Shown here piece after piece: positions 28,045-37,282 of a stretch of DNA of 54,165 nucleotides. The notes under the pieces are model-generated. The model did not search any database. It was not told where the DNA came from and worked only from the letters and a program-made list of their open reading frames with translations. The stretch's first letter is position 1. Every line of letters begins with the position of its first letter. Position numbers and translations under genes: made by a program. The stretch is from a virus, in IMG/VR virus record IMGVR_UViG_3300000101_000006, positions 73,267-127,431 of that record. One strand, 5' to 3'.

Positions 28045-28668
28045 ATGAGTAAACAATTATTAAGAGAGTTCCATGCACTATGCCCCGATGGTCGATGCTT
28101 GGATCTTCTAACAGAAAGAGAAAAGAAAGAAGTTGTCGAAGAAGGCGTGGTCTACTTGACTGGACGTATTCAGACAGCAGACAAAAAGAATGGTAACGGT
28201 CGCAAGTATCCACACAAAGTTCTCAAGAGAGAGATGGATAACTACATGGCCATCGTTAAAGACAACCGAGCGTGTGGTGAATTAGATCACCCTGACGACT
28301 CCGTAATTAACCTTAAGAACGTTTCTCACATGGTCACCGACTGTTGGTGGGAAGGCAAGGACGTAATGGGCAAGATCAAGGTCCTAGACACTCCTAGTGG
28401 TAGAATCCTGAAGGATCTCATCAATGCTGGTGTGAAACTTGGGATATCATCACGAGGACTTGGATCGGTTCGAGAATCAATGGGATCAACAATTGTTGAA
28501 GAAGACTTTCAACTAATTTGTTTTGATATCGTATCAGAACCATCAACCCCAGATGCTTATGTTTATCCGGGCGAAAGCTCTAGAAAGCCAACTAGATTCT
28601 CGACAAAGTTGCGAGAACAAAAAGAAAACAATATTGACAATCTATTTAAAAAGATTCTTGGAGATTAA
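28045..28668 (+). CDS. prohead core protease (T4 gp21-like)
   Basis: NGNGRKYP, GELDHP, VSH, LDTPSG, GISSRGLGS, FDIVSEPS. Confidence 0.95.
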   Translation: MSKQLLREFHALCPDGRCLDLLTEREKKEVVEEGVVYLTGRIQTADKKNGNGRKYPHKVLKREMDNYMAIVKDNRACGELDHPDDSVINLKNVSHMVTDCWWEGKDVMGKIKVLDTPSGRILKDLINAGVKLGISSRGLGSVRESMGSTIVEEDFQLICFDIVSEPSTPDAYVYPGESSRKPTRFSTKLREQKENNIDNLFKKILGD

Positions 28669-29094
28669 ATGAACAAAGAACAATTAAGAAAAACCTTAAA
28701 GCCACTCATCAAAGAGTGTATCAAAGAGGTTATTTTTGAAGAAGGAGTTCTCTCCGGAATTATTTCAGAGGTTGTCAAGGGAACAGGCGGTCAACGTATT
28801 GTCGAAACCCAAGCTCAACCCACTTATCAAAAACCACAAATAGATCAAGAAGCACAACAGAGAAAACTAAGAGAACAGCGACGAAGAATGCTTGACTCAA
28901 TTGGGTCAGATGCATACAATGGCGTGGACTTGTTTGAAGGCACAAAGCCCTTAAGTCAACAAGCAGCCGGCAAATCTTCCGGAGGTCATGGTTCAAAAGC
29001 CCTAGAGGGTGTTGCACCAAGCGATCCCGGAGTTGATATCTCAGCTTTCGGAATGTCTTCAGCTATTTGGTCAAAATTAGCAAAGGGAAAATAA
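28669..29094 (+). CDS. hypothetical head-region protein with a leader related to MKLTKE
   Basis: MNKEQLRKTLKPLIKECIKEVIFEE; TCTATTTA at 28641. Confidence 0.55.
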   Translation: MNKEQLRKTLKPLIKECIKEVIFEEGVLSGIISEVVKGTGGQRIVETQAQPTYQKPQIDQEAQQRKLREQRRRMLDSIGSDAYNGVDLFEGTKPLSQQAAGKSSGGHGSKALEGVAPSDPGVDISAFGMSSAIWSKLAKGK

Positions 29095-29288
29095 TGGCTA
29101 CCAATTACAAAATGAAACCTCGCAAAGGCGAGGCGATGGAAAAATTCATCAAGCGCTTCACAAAAAAGTGCAAAAAGCTTGGAATAATCCAAGAAGCTCG
29201 AGACCACAGACATTTCACTTCTGAGTCTGAAAAAAAGAGACTTGCTCGTAAAAAGTGGAGAGCGCGCATAAAGAAGAATAAGGATTAA
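29094..29288 (+). CDS. rpsU: ribosomal protein bS21 homolog
   Basis: 64 aa, basic; GEAMEKFIKRFTKKCKKLGIIQEARDHRHFTSESEKKR matches the bS21 pattern E..E.ALRRFK+.....G...E.R.R..Y.KPS..+R. Confidence 0.85.
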   Translation: MATNYKMKPRKGEAMEKFIKRFTKKCKKLGIIQEARDHRHFTSESEKKRLARKKWRARIKKNKD

Positions 29289-29318
29289 CTATTTAGTCCT
29301 AAAAGAGAGGAGAGATTT

Positions 29319-29744
29319 ATGAGTTCAAATTTTTACACAGCTGGATTAAGCCACGTTGGTGCATACCAAGTAAGTGGAGTCCCATACCTTAGCGGCTCAA
29401 ACCTACCAGCAAACACAACAGATTCTCTAAGGTTTCAATTTCCAACTGTAACTAAGTCAATAACGGTAAAGTCAAATCACGGTGACCCCATTCGTGTACA
29501 CTTTGCTCCATTTTCTGTTGGCGTATCTCCATATGTAAAGGGAGCAACTACAAACAACAATTTCGTTACAATAGTAGGAGATGGTTCACAAACATTTGAT
29601 GTGAAGTGTAAGGAGATTTTCATCTCAAAAACAGCCGGAACGTCAGGTACCACAAATGACGACGTTCAGATATTCGCAGAACTTACGACAATCCCCAATG
29701 ACAGAATGTTTAGTCTAGACAATGTAGAAGGGGTGGCGACCTAA
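29319..29744 (+). CDS. putative virion structural protein
   Basis: ACTATTTA at 29288; GL..VGAYQVSG.P motif; paralog of the next gene. Confidence 0.55.
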   Translation: MSSNFYTAGLSHVGAYQVSGVPYLSGSNLPANTTDSLRFQFPTVTKSITVKSNHGDPIRVHFAPFSVGVSPYVKGATTNNNFVTIVGDGSQTFDVKCKEIFISKTAGTSGTTNDDVQIFAELTTIPNDRMFSLDNVEGVAT

Positions 29745-30790
29745 TGAGTTTTAAATATACAACAGGTCTCAACAACATGGGGTCATATCAAGTCTCTGGT
29801 CGACCATGGATGAAGAATCATGAGTTTATTGGGGTAGAGAGTAAGTTTTATGAATTTCCAAACGTTACTGATTACATCAAAGTAATGAATGACGTTAATG
29901 GAACTAAATCTGGTAACATAGATATCGTTTTCTGTGAGCCAAGGCGGGGTCTTCAAATGGGCAATGCTGGGACAAATCCAGACGTCAGCTACTCAGCCTC
30001 CGGCTTTTCTCTTACTGAGTTTTCTATTTCTCTTTGGATAAAAATTACCGATGTTGAGATAACAAAATTCTTTGACTTGAAAACTGCTGGTGGTAATTCA
30101 TTTAGAGTTCAAATACATAGTACGACTGGTACAGGCTCAACAAGATTTATAGTAAACAATCAACCTAGTATAATTTCCGGTGTACCATTTTCTGCAGGTC
30201 AATACTATAATATTATATGTACATTTTCGAATGGAGATTCAAATTTTTTCGTCAACAATGTATTAACAAGGTCGTCTACAGAATCTTTTTCTGACCCGAT
30301 AACTAATATCACATTGGGATCAACAGACACTAATGGATTTGACGGAGTTTATGAACAGGTTTTACTATTCAACAAAGCTTTGACGAAATCAGAGGCAAGT
30401 AGTGTTTACTCTGCCTATGAATCAATTAGTAATTTAGACCAATCATTACAAGGCTCAATCGTTGCAAGATATGAATTTGAAGACAATACTTATAAGAACT
30501 TTTTTCCCGTAGCCGATACCACCACTACAATCCAAGATAGGGCTGGTGTGTTTAATTTATCAAGAACCAACACTGCCACCGAGGCTTTTGTTGACGGACG
30601 AGCATTGGTCAACGCACTTTCACATCACAAAATTACTCTTATTGATCAACAAGAAATAACGTTAAACTGCAAAGCAAAGCAAATCTTTCTACGATCTACT
30701 GCCGATGCCGATGTTAGCATCTGTGCTGGTCTTACTGGAATTCCAACTGAGAGAATGTATGAACTAACTGGACCGGGAATCGATGAGTAA
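29744..30790 (+). CDS. structural protein with an inserted LamG/ConA-like domain
   Basis: FSISLWIK..YYNIICTF..FFVNN..ITLG..FDGVYEQVLLFNKALTKSE. Confidence 0.7.
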   Translation: MSFKYTTGLNNMGSYQVSGRPWMKNHEFIGVESKFYEFPNVTDYIKVMNDVNGTKSGNIDIVFCEPRRGLQMGNAGTNPDVSYSASGFSLTEFSISLWIKITDVEITKFFDLKTAGGNSFRVQIHSTTGTGSTRFIVNNQPSIISGVPFSAGQYYNIICTFSNGDSNFFVNNVLTRSSTESFSDPITNITLGSTDTNGFDGVYEQVLLFNKALTKSEASSVYSAYESISNLDQSLQGSIVARYEFEDNTYKNFFPVADTTTTIQDRAGVFNLSRTNTATEAFVDGRALVNALSHHKITLIDQQEITLNCKAKQIFLRSTADADVSICAGLTGIPTERMYELTGPGIDE

Positions 30791-33111
30791 TGGCAAAGGA
30801 ATTTGGATGGGCATACGTTGCTGGTACGCAAGCTTCCGGACCTAAAGGTTCAGTTCAACTTGCTGGTATCACGACTGCATTAGAGCACGACCCTAACCTT
30901 CTATGGTCAGATGAAGAGAACGCTTTGATGGTGTCTGGGAATATCATTGCCCACAACTTCGAGATCCAAAACCAAACCAAAACAGTATTTCATTTTGAAG
31001 TTTCCGGATCTTCAATCTTTGGAGACACTCTAGATGATGTACATCAATTTACTGGTTCTCTAAACATTACAGGGAACGTTTCAGCGTCAGCCTTTTATGG
31101 TTGGGGTGGGGACCTTGATGGTCTTGCGATCAACGAATACAATAATTTTGGTGACAACAGGCTTGTAACCTCGATTGGAGAAAAGTCGGTAAACGCAGAA
31201 GCAAATCTTCTATTCGATGGTACATTACTCTCAGTCACAGGTAATGTCCAAGCATTGGAAGTGAAAGCCGATGAGGTCAGTGGAACCTTGGGTTTCTTTG
31301 AAGATGTAGCTATGGAAACATTGTCTGCAATCGATATAACTTCATCCGCATTAACATCAACTACCGCAGTGATTCCCAACACAACCTTGGGTGACGTCAT
31401 TCTCACAGGACGTATCGTGGATGTAAATGGAAATGTTATATTGGGAACTCCAACTGCGCAAACAGAATTCAACATCTCATCAAACAGCAACGGTCAAACG
31501 CAAATTGCTAGCAACAACTTTAGCAATGTCAATAGCACCAATGCAGTCGGAATGGATTTCGCAGTAATCAACGAAGGATTAGCTGTTGCGACAAACAGAT
31601 TCTTCGTAGGCTCTGCCGGTAAATCTGGTTTCGGAACAAACGACCCCGAAAAGAAAGTTGAAATATATGACCCATCTGGTACACAATTGAGATTATCTTC
31701 AGTTGGTGCAGACCAAATTGTAAACGGTGGAGTCTTATTTAACCCAACCCGACACCACACAGACTTAACAACTGATTCCAGTGGTGCGTTCTCAATAATG
31801 CCTACAGCACAAAAGCTAGGTATCAACACACCATCGCCAGAACATGCACTCGATGTATCCGGAGATGCAAGAATAACAGGAAACCTGATAGTATCAGGTA
31901 CACTCACAGCACACACCACAGACTTTGTAGTTTCAGCTGATACTTTAACATTCGGAGATGAAGCCAGCGACACAATTATAATGAACGCAAACACAATCTC
32001 AACTCCCAATGGTTTGGTCATTGACAACAGCTTCTATGTGCAAAGTGGAAGTGTTGGTGTTGGAAACTATGCAACATCCAAATTTGGTGTATCAGCAACC
32101 TCAAATCAATTTTCTGTTGGAGATGGGACCAAAACACTCTCTATTAACGTCGAGAATAGTTCCACAACACTTTCAACAAACTCTACGACACTAGACATAG
32201 CTAACTCAACAAACGTTCTTGGTGAGCTTGTGGTGGGCTCTAATGCCGACATAATTCTTAATAACGTTGGAGAAGTTTCTTCCTCTGTTTCTGTGTCCTC
32301 ACATTTGGGTCATTTTACAAACATTACATCGGACAGTATCACAAACGGAAACACAACAATCAGTAGCGACAACATTGTGACTCCAACTCTTGATGCGACA
32401 ACAGTAAACTCCACAAATCTTGGAGGTACACTTAGTACCGCTGCACAGCCGAATGTAACAAGTTTAGGAACACTAACTTCACTTAATGTTGCGAATGCAG
32501 CATCCGTGAATGGTAGCTTGAATGTTGGGTCTTCCATAGCCGTTGGAACAAACAGTGCCTCTCGAAAGGTCGAGATCAAAGATGCAAATCCTCAAATGCG
32601 ACTGACTAATACGGACGCAGTTTTCGGATTATCAAATCATACATATGCAGATTTGCATGTGCAACCAACTGGAGATTTATCTCTATTACCATCTTCTGGT
32701 AAAGTAATCATACCTCAATTGAACTTGTCAAACATCCCAGAAGGAAGCTCATTTAAACACTTGTCGCTAGATGAGAATGGAAACGTTGTGATTTCTCCAA
32801 ACTTACAACACGGGATAGAGGTTAGGTCTAGAGTTGTCGCAACGCAAGATTACCAAGTTCAAACCAGCGACTACTTCGTAGGAATTCAATCTCAACAAAA
32901 CCTTGTGGTCACACTACCTGATGCTAGTAGTTTAATTAATGGACAGATATTCATCATAACTGATGAATTAGCGAATGCACAGGTACATAATCTCGTGATC
33001 CAAGCATCGAACAATCAAACAATCGATGGACTACCTCAACTTACATTGGCGTCCCCACGATCTTCCATAAGCATATATACAGATGGGCAATCAAACTTCT
33101 TCTTGTTCTAA
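30790..33111 (+). CDS. fibre-like structural protein
   Basis: SGSSIFGDTLDDVHQFTGS, GINT.SP..ALDVSG fibre repeats, AAQPNVTSLGTLTSL, C-terminal TLP..IDG..YTDG domain. Confidence 0.7.
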   Translation: MAKEFGWAYVAGTQASGPKGSVQLAGITTALEHDPNLLWSDEENALMVSGNIIAHNFEIQNQTKTVFHFEVSGSSIFGDTLDDVHQFTGSLNITGNVSASAFYGWGGDLDGLAINEYNNFGDNRLVTSIGEKSVNAEANLLFDGTLLSVTGNVQALEVKADEVSGTLGFFEDVAMETLSAIDITSSALTSTTAVIPNTTLGDVILTGRIVDVNGNVILGTPTAQTEFNISSNSNGQTQIASNNFSNVNSTNAVGMDFAVINEGLAVATNRFFVGSAGKSGFGTNDPEKKVEIYDPSGTQLRLSSVGADQIVNGGVLFNPTRHHTDLTTDSSGAFSIMPTAQKLGINTPSPEHALDVSGDARITGNLIVSGTLTAHTTDFVVSADTLTFGDEASDTIIMNANTISTPNGLVIDNSFYVQSGSVGVGNYATSKFGVSATSNQFSVGDGTKTLSINVENSSTTLSTNSTTLDIANSTNVLGELVVGSNADIILNNVGEVSSSVSVSSHLGHFTNITSDSITNGNTTISSDNIVTPTLDATTVNSTNLGGTLSTAAQPNVTSLGTLTSLNVANAASVNGSLNVGSSIAVGTNSASRKVEIKDANPQMRLTNTDAVFGLSNHTYADLHVQPTGDLSLLPSSGKVIIPQLNLSNIPEGSSFKHLSLDENGNVVISPNLQHGIEVRSRVVATQDYQVQTSDYFVGIQSQQNLVVTLPDASSLINGQIFIITDELANAQVHNLVIQASNNQTIDGLPQLTLASPRSSISIYTDGQSNFFLF

Positions 33112-33238
33112 CGTTCTACAACTTCGCTAGTCTCGATAATGTAGAGTGCTAAATTTTTTTTTTAATGTTTTGAAAGCTTAATTAAAAACTGTGTATTTTT
33201 TATCTTCCTTTAAGTTTTCGAGAGTGTAGTTATGTGTA

Positions 33239-33270
33239 GCTCTCTGTCCGCCACTGATGAGACAGAGAGC
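33239..33270 (+). other. 10-bp hairpin in the 5' UTR of the Ala-rich fibre gene
   Basis: GCTCTCTGTC-12 nt loop-GACAGAGAGC, upstream of a GGAGG SD. Confidence 0.6.
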
Positions 33271-33298
33271 ACATTATATTCTTATGGAGGAATAAATA

Positions 33299-36200
33299 AT
33301 GGCTAAATTTAATAATGGAGTTATCGTATATGATGCACAAGTTGCTCAATTCGACATGACTCTCATGGCTGCTGAAAACATTGATTTTCCAGCTAACGTA
33401 ATTAAGAATCTTAACTACTTCTCATCTGAAGTTGCTTATGAATTTGATTTGTCTTTCGACATCGCTGCAATCCGTCAAGGCGAATTGCAAAAGTTTTCAC
33501 GCATGGGTCACATCCAAGCTGCTAAAGACTTTACAGCTGCTGAAGCATTAGCTGCAGATCAAGCTCGTGTTGCTTTAAAAGGTCAAATGGAAGGATATGC
33601 TGATCAAGCTGAAGCTGACGCAATCTCTTCTGCTGGTGCTTACACTGATGGACGCGAAGTTGTTCTTCAAGGTAACATCAATGCTGAAATCGCTAGAGCT
33701 ACAGCTGCTGAAGCTGCTAACGCATTGGCTCACAGCACATTTAAAACTGCTCAAGAAACTTTCAATGGCGACATTGGAATGGAAATCGCTGCTAACAAAA
33801 CCGCTTCTGAAGCTGCTGATCAAGTATTGACTGATGGTTTGGCTCAAGAAGTTTCTGATCGTATCGGTGCAGTTAATTTGGTTACCGTTTCTTTGGCGAC
33901 TGAATCTTCTACATCTCGTGCTGCAGAAGCTGCAAACGCTGCTGCAATCACTGCTGAGCAAGTACGCGCAGAAGCTGCAGAACTTGGTCTTCAAGGAAAC
34001 ATCAATGAAGTTACTGTTTCTTTAGCAACTGAAGCTTCTACTGCTCGTGCTGCTGAAGCTGCAAATGCTGCAGCAATCACTGCAGAAGCAGCTCGTGCTT
34101 CTGGTGAAGAAACATTGATTCGTGGCGAATTCGCTGCTGCTGATGCTGCAAAGCTTCAAGAAGCAAAAGGTTACACTGATCAAGAAGTTCTTGCTGAAAA
34201 AACTCGTGCTGAAGCTGCTGAAGCTGGTCTTCAATCTTCTATCGATGCAGAAGCTGCAACAGCTCGTGCTGCTGAAGGAGTAAACGCTGCTGCGATTACT
34301 GCTGAAAATGTTCGTGCTTTGGCTGCTGAAACTCAGTTGGCAAACGCTTTGGCTCAAGAAGAGACAGACCGTTTGGCTGGAGAAGCTGTATTGGAAGGTA
34401 AGATCGATACTGAAAAAGGTCGTATTGACGCTATCTTGTTGGCTTCTGATGCTGATAAAGATTCATTTGCTGAAATCGTAACTTTGGTTAACTCTATCGA
34501 TGCTGAAAATGATCAAGCTTTTGCTGGACACGTTTCTGCTTATAACACCAAGATGGGTGAATTGGATGCAGCTAATGCTGCTGAAGAAGCTGCTCGTATT
34601 GCTGGTGATGCTGCTGTTGCTCAAGACCTTGCTGACTACGAAGCCTCTAACGACGCTGCGTTGGCTGCTGAAGTTTCTAGAGCAAGTGTTGCTGAAGCTG
34701 CATTGCAAGCTGGTTTGGATGCTGAAATTGCTTCTACCAATGCTGATTTTGTTTCTGCTGCTACTGATCGTGGTGCTATCCGTTCTGAGTTTGCTGCTGC
34801 AGACTCTGCAATGGAAACTGCTTTCACTGCTGAAATTGACGCTCTTAAAGTTCAAGATGGAACTCACACCGCTGCTATCTCTGCAAACGCTTCTGCTGTA
34901 TTGACCGAGAAAGCTCGTGCTGAAGCTGCTGAAGGTGTTTTGACTGCTGCTGTTTCTGCTGAAGAAACTCGTGCACTTGGTCAAGAAGCTGCGATTCGTT
35001 CTGAATTTGCTGCTGCTGATGTTGCTCTTAAAGGTCAGATGGAAATCTACACCGATGGTGCTGTTGACGGAGAAAAAGTTCGCGCTGAAGCTGCTGAGCT
35101 TGTATTGACTAATGCTGTTTCTACTGAGCAAGCTGCTCGTCTCGCTGGCGATGGCGCAATTCGTGGGACAACACCAGAAGGTGCTGTATTCGGTGGATCT
35201 TTGTTTGGACTTGACCAAGCAATGGCTACAAAAGAAGCAGCTTCTAATGCTGCAGATGCTGCATTGCAAGCTGGTTTGGATGCTGAAGAAGCTGCACGTA
35301 TTGCTGGTGATGCTCAAGGTTTAGTTGACGCTAAAGCTTATACTGATGCTGAAGTTTCTTCTGAAGCTGCTCTTCGTGTTGCTGCTGATGCAGGTCTCCA
35401 AGGCCAAATCAACACAGTTGACGGAAAAGTTGACGGTGAAAAAGTTCGTGCAGAAGCTGCTGAATTGGCTTTGTCTAACTCAATCTCTGCTGAACAACAA
35501 CGTGCAACTGCTGCTGAAGGCGCAATTGCTGCTGATTTAGCTCAAGAGCTTTTAGATCGTGCTGCTGCTGAATCAGCTGCTGCATCTTTCAACTTGGCTG
35601 CTCGTAATGCAATCCAAGCTGATGTTGACGCTAACGAAGCTTCTGCTTCTGGTTCTTTCGCTGATGCTTTGGCTGCTCGTGGTGTAATCGCTGGAAACTT
35701 GGCTCAAGAGCTTCTTGACCGTGCTGCTGGTGATGTTCAAGGTTTGGCTGACGCTAAAGCTTACACTGATGCTGAAATTGCTACAATGCAATCTTCTTTG
35801 GATGCTGAAATTGCTGCGACTAATGCTGACTTCGCTGCTGCTGAACAAGCTCGTATCGGTCTTGCTGGTGAAATCGGTGTTGAGAAGGGACGTATTGATG
35901 CTATCTTGGCTGGTGCTGATGCCGACAAAGATTCATTTGCTGAAATCGTAGCTTTGGTTAACTCTGTTGACACAGAAAACGACACTGCATTTGCTGGTCA
36001 TGTTTCTGCTTACAATACTAAGATGGGACTTTTGGACGGTGTAGATGCTGCTGCAACTACTGATCGTGCTGCGATCCGTTCTGAATTGGCTTCTGAAAAA
36101 GCTGCTTTACAAGCTGAATTTGCTGCTGCTGATGCAGTTGTAACTGCTGCTTACGAAGCTGCTGATCTTGCTATGAAGACTGGTCTTGAAAGCGATATCG

Positions 36201-36685
36201 ATGATGAAATCGCTGCTCGTGTTGCTGGCGATTTGGCTTTGGATGCTGCATACAAAGCTGCTGATGCTGCTGAAGAGTTTGCTCGTATCACTGCTGACAA
36301 TAACCTTACAGCTTCTTTGAATGCTGAAGTTGTTCGCGCGACTACTGCTGAGGGTCAATTGCAAAGCAAGATTACTGATATGCACAATGGTGAAACTACT
36401 GTTAACCACATTACTAATGTGGTTGCTTCTGCTTCTATCATGTTGCCTAGCGGTTTCGCACATCAAATCGTTGTTAACTCTGGTGCTTCTGCAATGGCAA
36501 CATTGCCGGTAATGGGTCCAAACTTCAAAATGACTTTGAGCCTTGCTGCTTCAAGTTCTGAAGCTATGGAATTCCACGCTCCTGCAGGAATGACTATTGA
36601 TGGAGAAGCTGACGGTAAGATCAAACTTTACTCAGGCGCTTCTGTTTCTTTCGTTGAACATGCAGGCGTATACTACATGGTATAA
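33299..36685 (+). CDS. long Ala/Glu-rich coiled-coil fibre protein
   Basis: Repeated E..RA.AAE and E.AAR.AGD motifs; strong GCT codon bias like the capsid gene; C-terminal TLP..TIDG domain. Confidence 0.75.
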   Translation: MAKFNNGVIVYDAQVAQFDMTLMAAENIDFPANVIKNLNYFSSEVAYEFDLSFDIAAIRQGELQKFSRMGHIQAAKDFTAAEALAADQARVALKGQMEGYADQAEADAISSAGAYTDGREVVLQGNINAEIARATAAEAANALAHSTFKTAQETFNGDIGMEIAANKTASEAADQVLTDGLAQEVSDRIGAVNLVTVSLATESSTSRAAEAANAAAITAEQVRAEAAELGLQGNINEVTVSLATEASTARAAEAANAAAITAEAARASGEETLIRGEFAAADAAKLQEAKGYTDQEVLAEKTRAEAAEAGLQSSIDAEAATARAAEGVNAAAITAENVRALAAETQLANALAQEETDRLAGEAVLEGKIDTEKGRIDAILLASDADKDSFAEIVTLVNSIDAENDQAFAGHVSAYNTKMGELDAANAAEEAARIAGDAAVAQDLADYEASNDAALAAEVSRASVAEAALQAGLDAEIASTNADFVSAATDRGAIRSEFAAADSAMETAFTAEIDALKVQDGTHTAAISANASAVLTEKARAEAAEGVLTAAVSAEETRALGQEAAIRSEFAAADVALKGQMEIYTDGAVDGEKVRAEAAELVLTNAVSTEQAARLAGDGAIRGTTPEGAVFGGSLFGLDQAMATKEAASNAADAALQAGLDAEEAARIAGDAQGLVDAKAYTDAEVSSEAALRVAADAGLQGQINTVDGKVDGEKVRAEAAELALSNSISAEQQRATAAEGAIAADLAQELLDRAAAESAAASFNLAARNAIQADVDANEASASGSFADALAARGVIAGNLAQELLDRAAGDVQGLADAKAYTDAEIATMQSSLDAEIAATNADFAAAEQARIGLAGEIGVEKGRIDAILAGADADKDSFAEIVALVNSVDTENDTAFAGHVSAYNTKMGLLDGVDAAATTDRAAIRSELASEKAALQAEFAAADAVVTAAYEAADLAMKTGLESDIDDEIAARVAGDLALDAAYKAADAAEEFARITADNNLTASLNAEVVRATTAEGQLQSKITDMHNGETTVNHITNVVASASIMLPSGFAHQIVVNSGASAMATLPVMGPNFKMTLSLAASSSEAMEFHAPAGMTIDGEADGKIKLYSGASVSFVEHAGVYYMV
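34412..36028 (+). repeat. ~147-bp internal duplication (34412-34558 and 35882-36028)
   Basis: EKGRIDAIL..DADKDSFAEIV.LVNS.D.END.AFAGHVSAYNTKMG occurs twice. Confidence 0.85.
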
Positions 36686-36732
36686 TAGCTGACTAAAAGA
36701 GTAGTCCTCAATGCTATTGAGCATTGCTCTTG

Positions 36733-36764
36733 GCCCCGAGGAGAAATCTTCGGGGCTTTTTTTT
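36733..36764 (+). terminator. intrinsic terminator
   Basis: GCCCCGAGGA-GAAA-TCTTCGGGGC followed by T8. Confidence 0.85.
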
Positions 36765-36798
36765 AACAAGACACTTAAAATTCATTGGAGGAAACAAA

Positions 36799-37272
36799 AT
36801 GTCTATGAAATTAAATAAAACACTTGCTGCACTATCTCAGCCTACTCCCTCAACTGATGGGATGTTAGCGCAAGGAAATGCTACAGCACAATCCGTGATC
36901 ATTGTTGGCTTTGCTAACGTTGATATTTACGGAAAACAGAACGGAGCATGGTCTTTGATTGATGAACTCAGACCGGCTTCTATTCTAATTGATGATGAAG
37001 CACATGATGGTGGTGGAATTTATAATTCTGCACATGATACATATGCCGTTGATTTATCGCAATACGAAGACGTATATTTCACATCTGCTTCTGGTAAAGA
37101 AGAAACTATGAGATACTTCTTTGTTGAAGATACCGTTGTCGCACCAACCGTAGAGGGTTCGAAGGCCAACAAGCTTGAAGACATCTCTGATATGCCTGCA
37201 TTTACCGTTGCTGATGCAGGAAAGGTACTGACCGTTGATGCACTAGGAAGTTTAATCTGGGTTACCAGATAA
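36799..37272 (+). CDS. fibre-associated structural protein
   Basis: GGAGG SD before ATG 36799; DAGKVLTV..G.L.W motif; paralogous to the N-terminus of the next gene. Confidence 0.55.
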   Translation: MSMKLNKTLAALSQPTPSTDGMLAQGNATAQSVIIVGFANVDIYGKQNGAWSLIDELRPASILIDDEAHDGGGIYNSAHDTYAVDLSQYEDVYFTSASGKEETMRYFFVEDTVVAPTVEGSKANKLEDISDMPAFTVADAGKVLTVDALGSLIWVTR

Positions 37273-37282
37273 GGAGAACATC

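Noticed and set aside
33239-33275. CTGATGA in a hairpin loop suggesting a hammerhead ribozyme
   Set aside because: No stem II followed by GAAA and no three-way junction; it is a simple hairpin
34412-36028. Duplicated segment as a diversity-generating retroelement TR/VR pair
   Set aside because: Both copies are in frame in one gene, differences are mostly synonymous and not adenine-specific, and there is no reverse transcriptase in the window
33575-36466. Long minus-strand Ser-rich ORFs (e.g. 34463..35317, 284 aa) and Leu-rich alternative-frame ORFs
   Set aside because: Shadows of the GCT/GAA-biased fibre gene; no SD or plausible composition
36724-36798. 5' extension of the 36724 ORF
   Set aside because: Runs through the terminator hairpin; ATG 36799 has the SD
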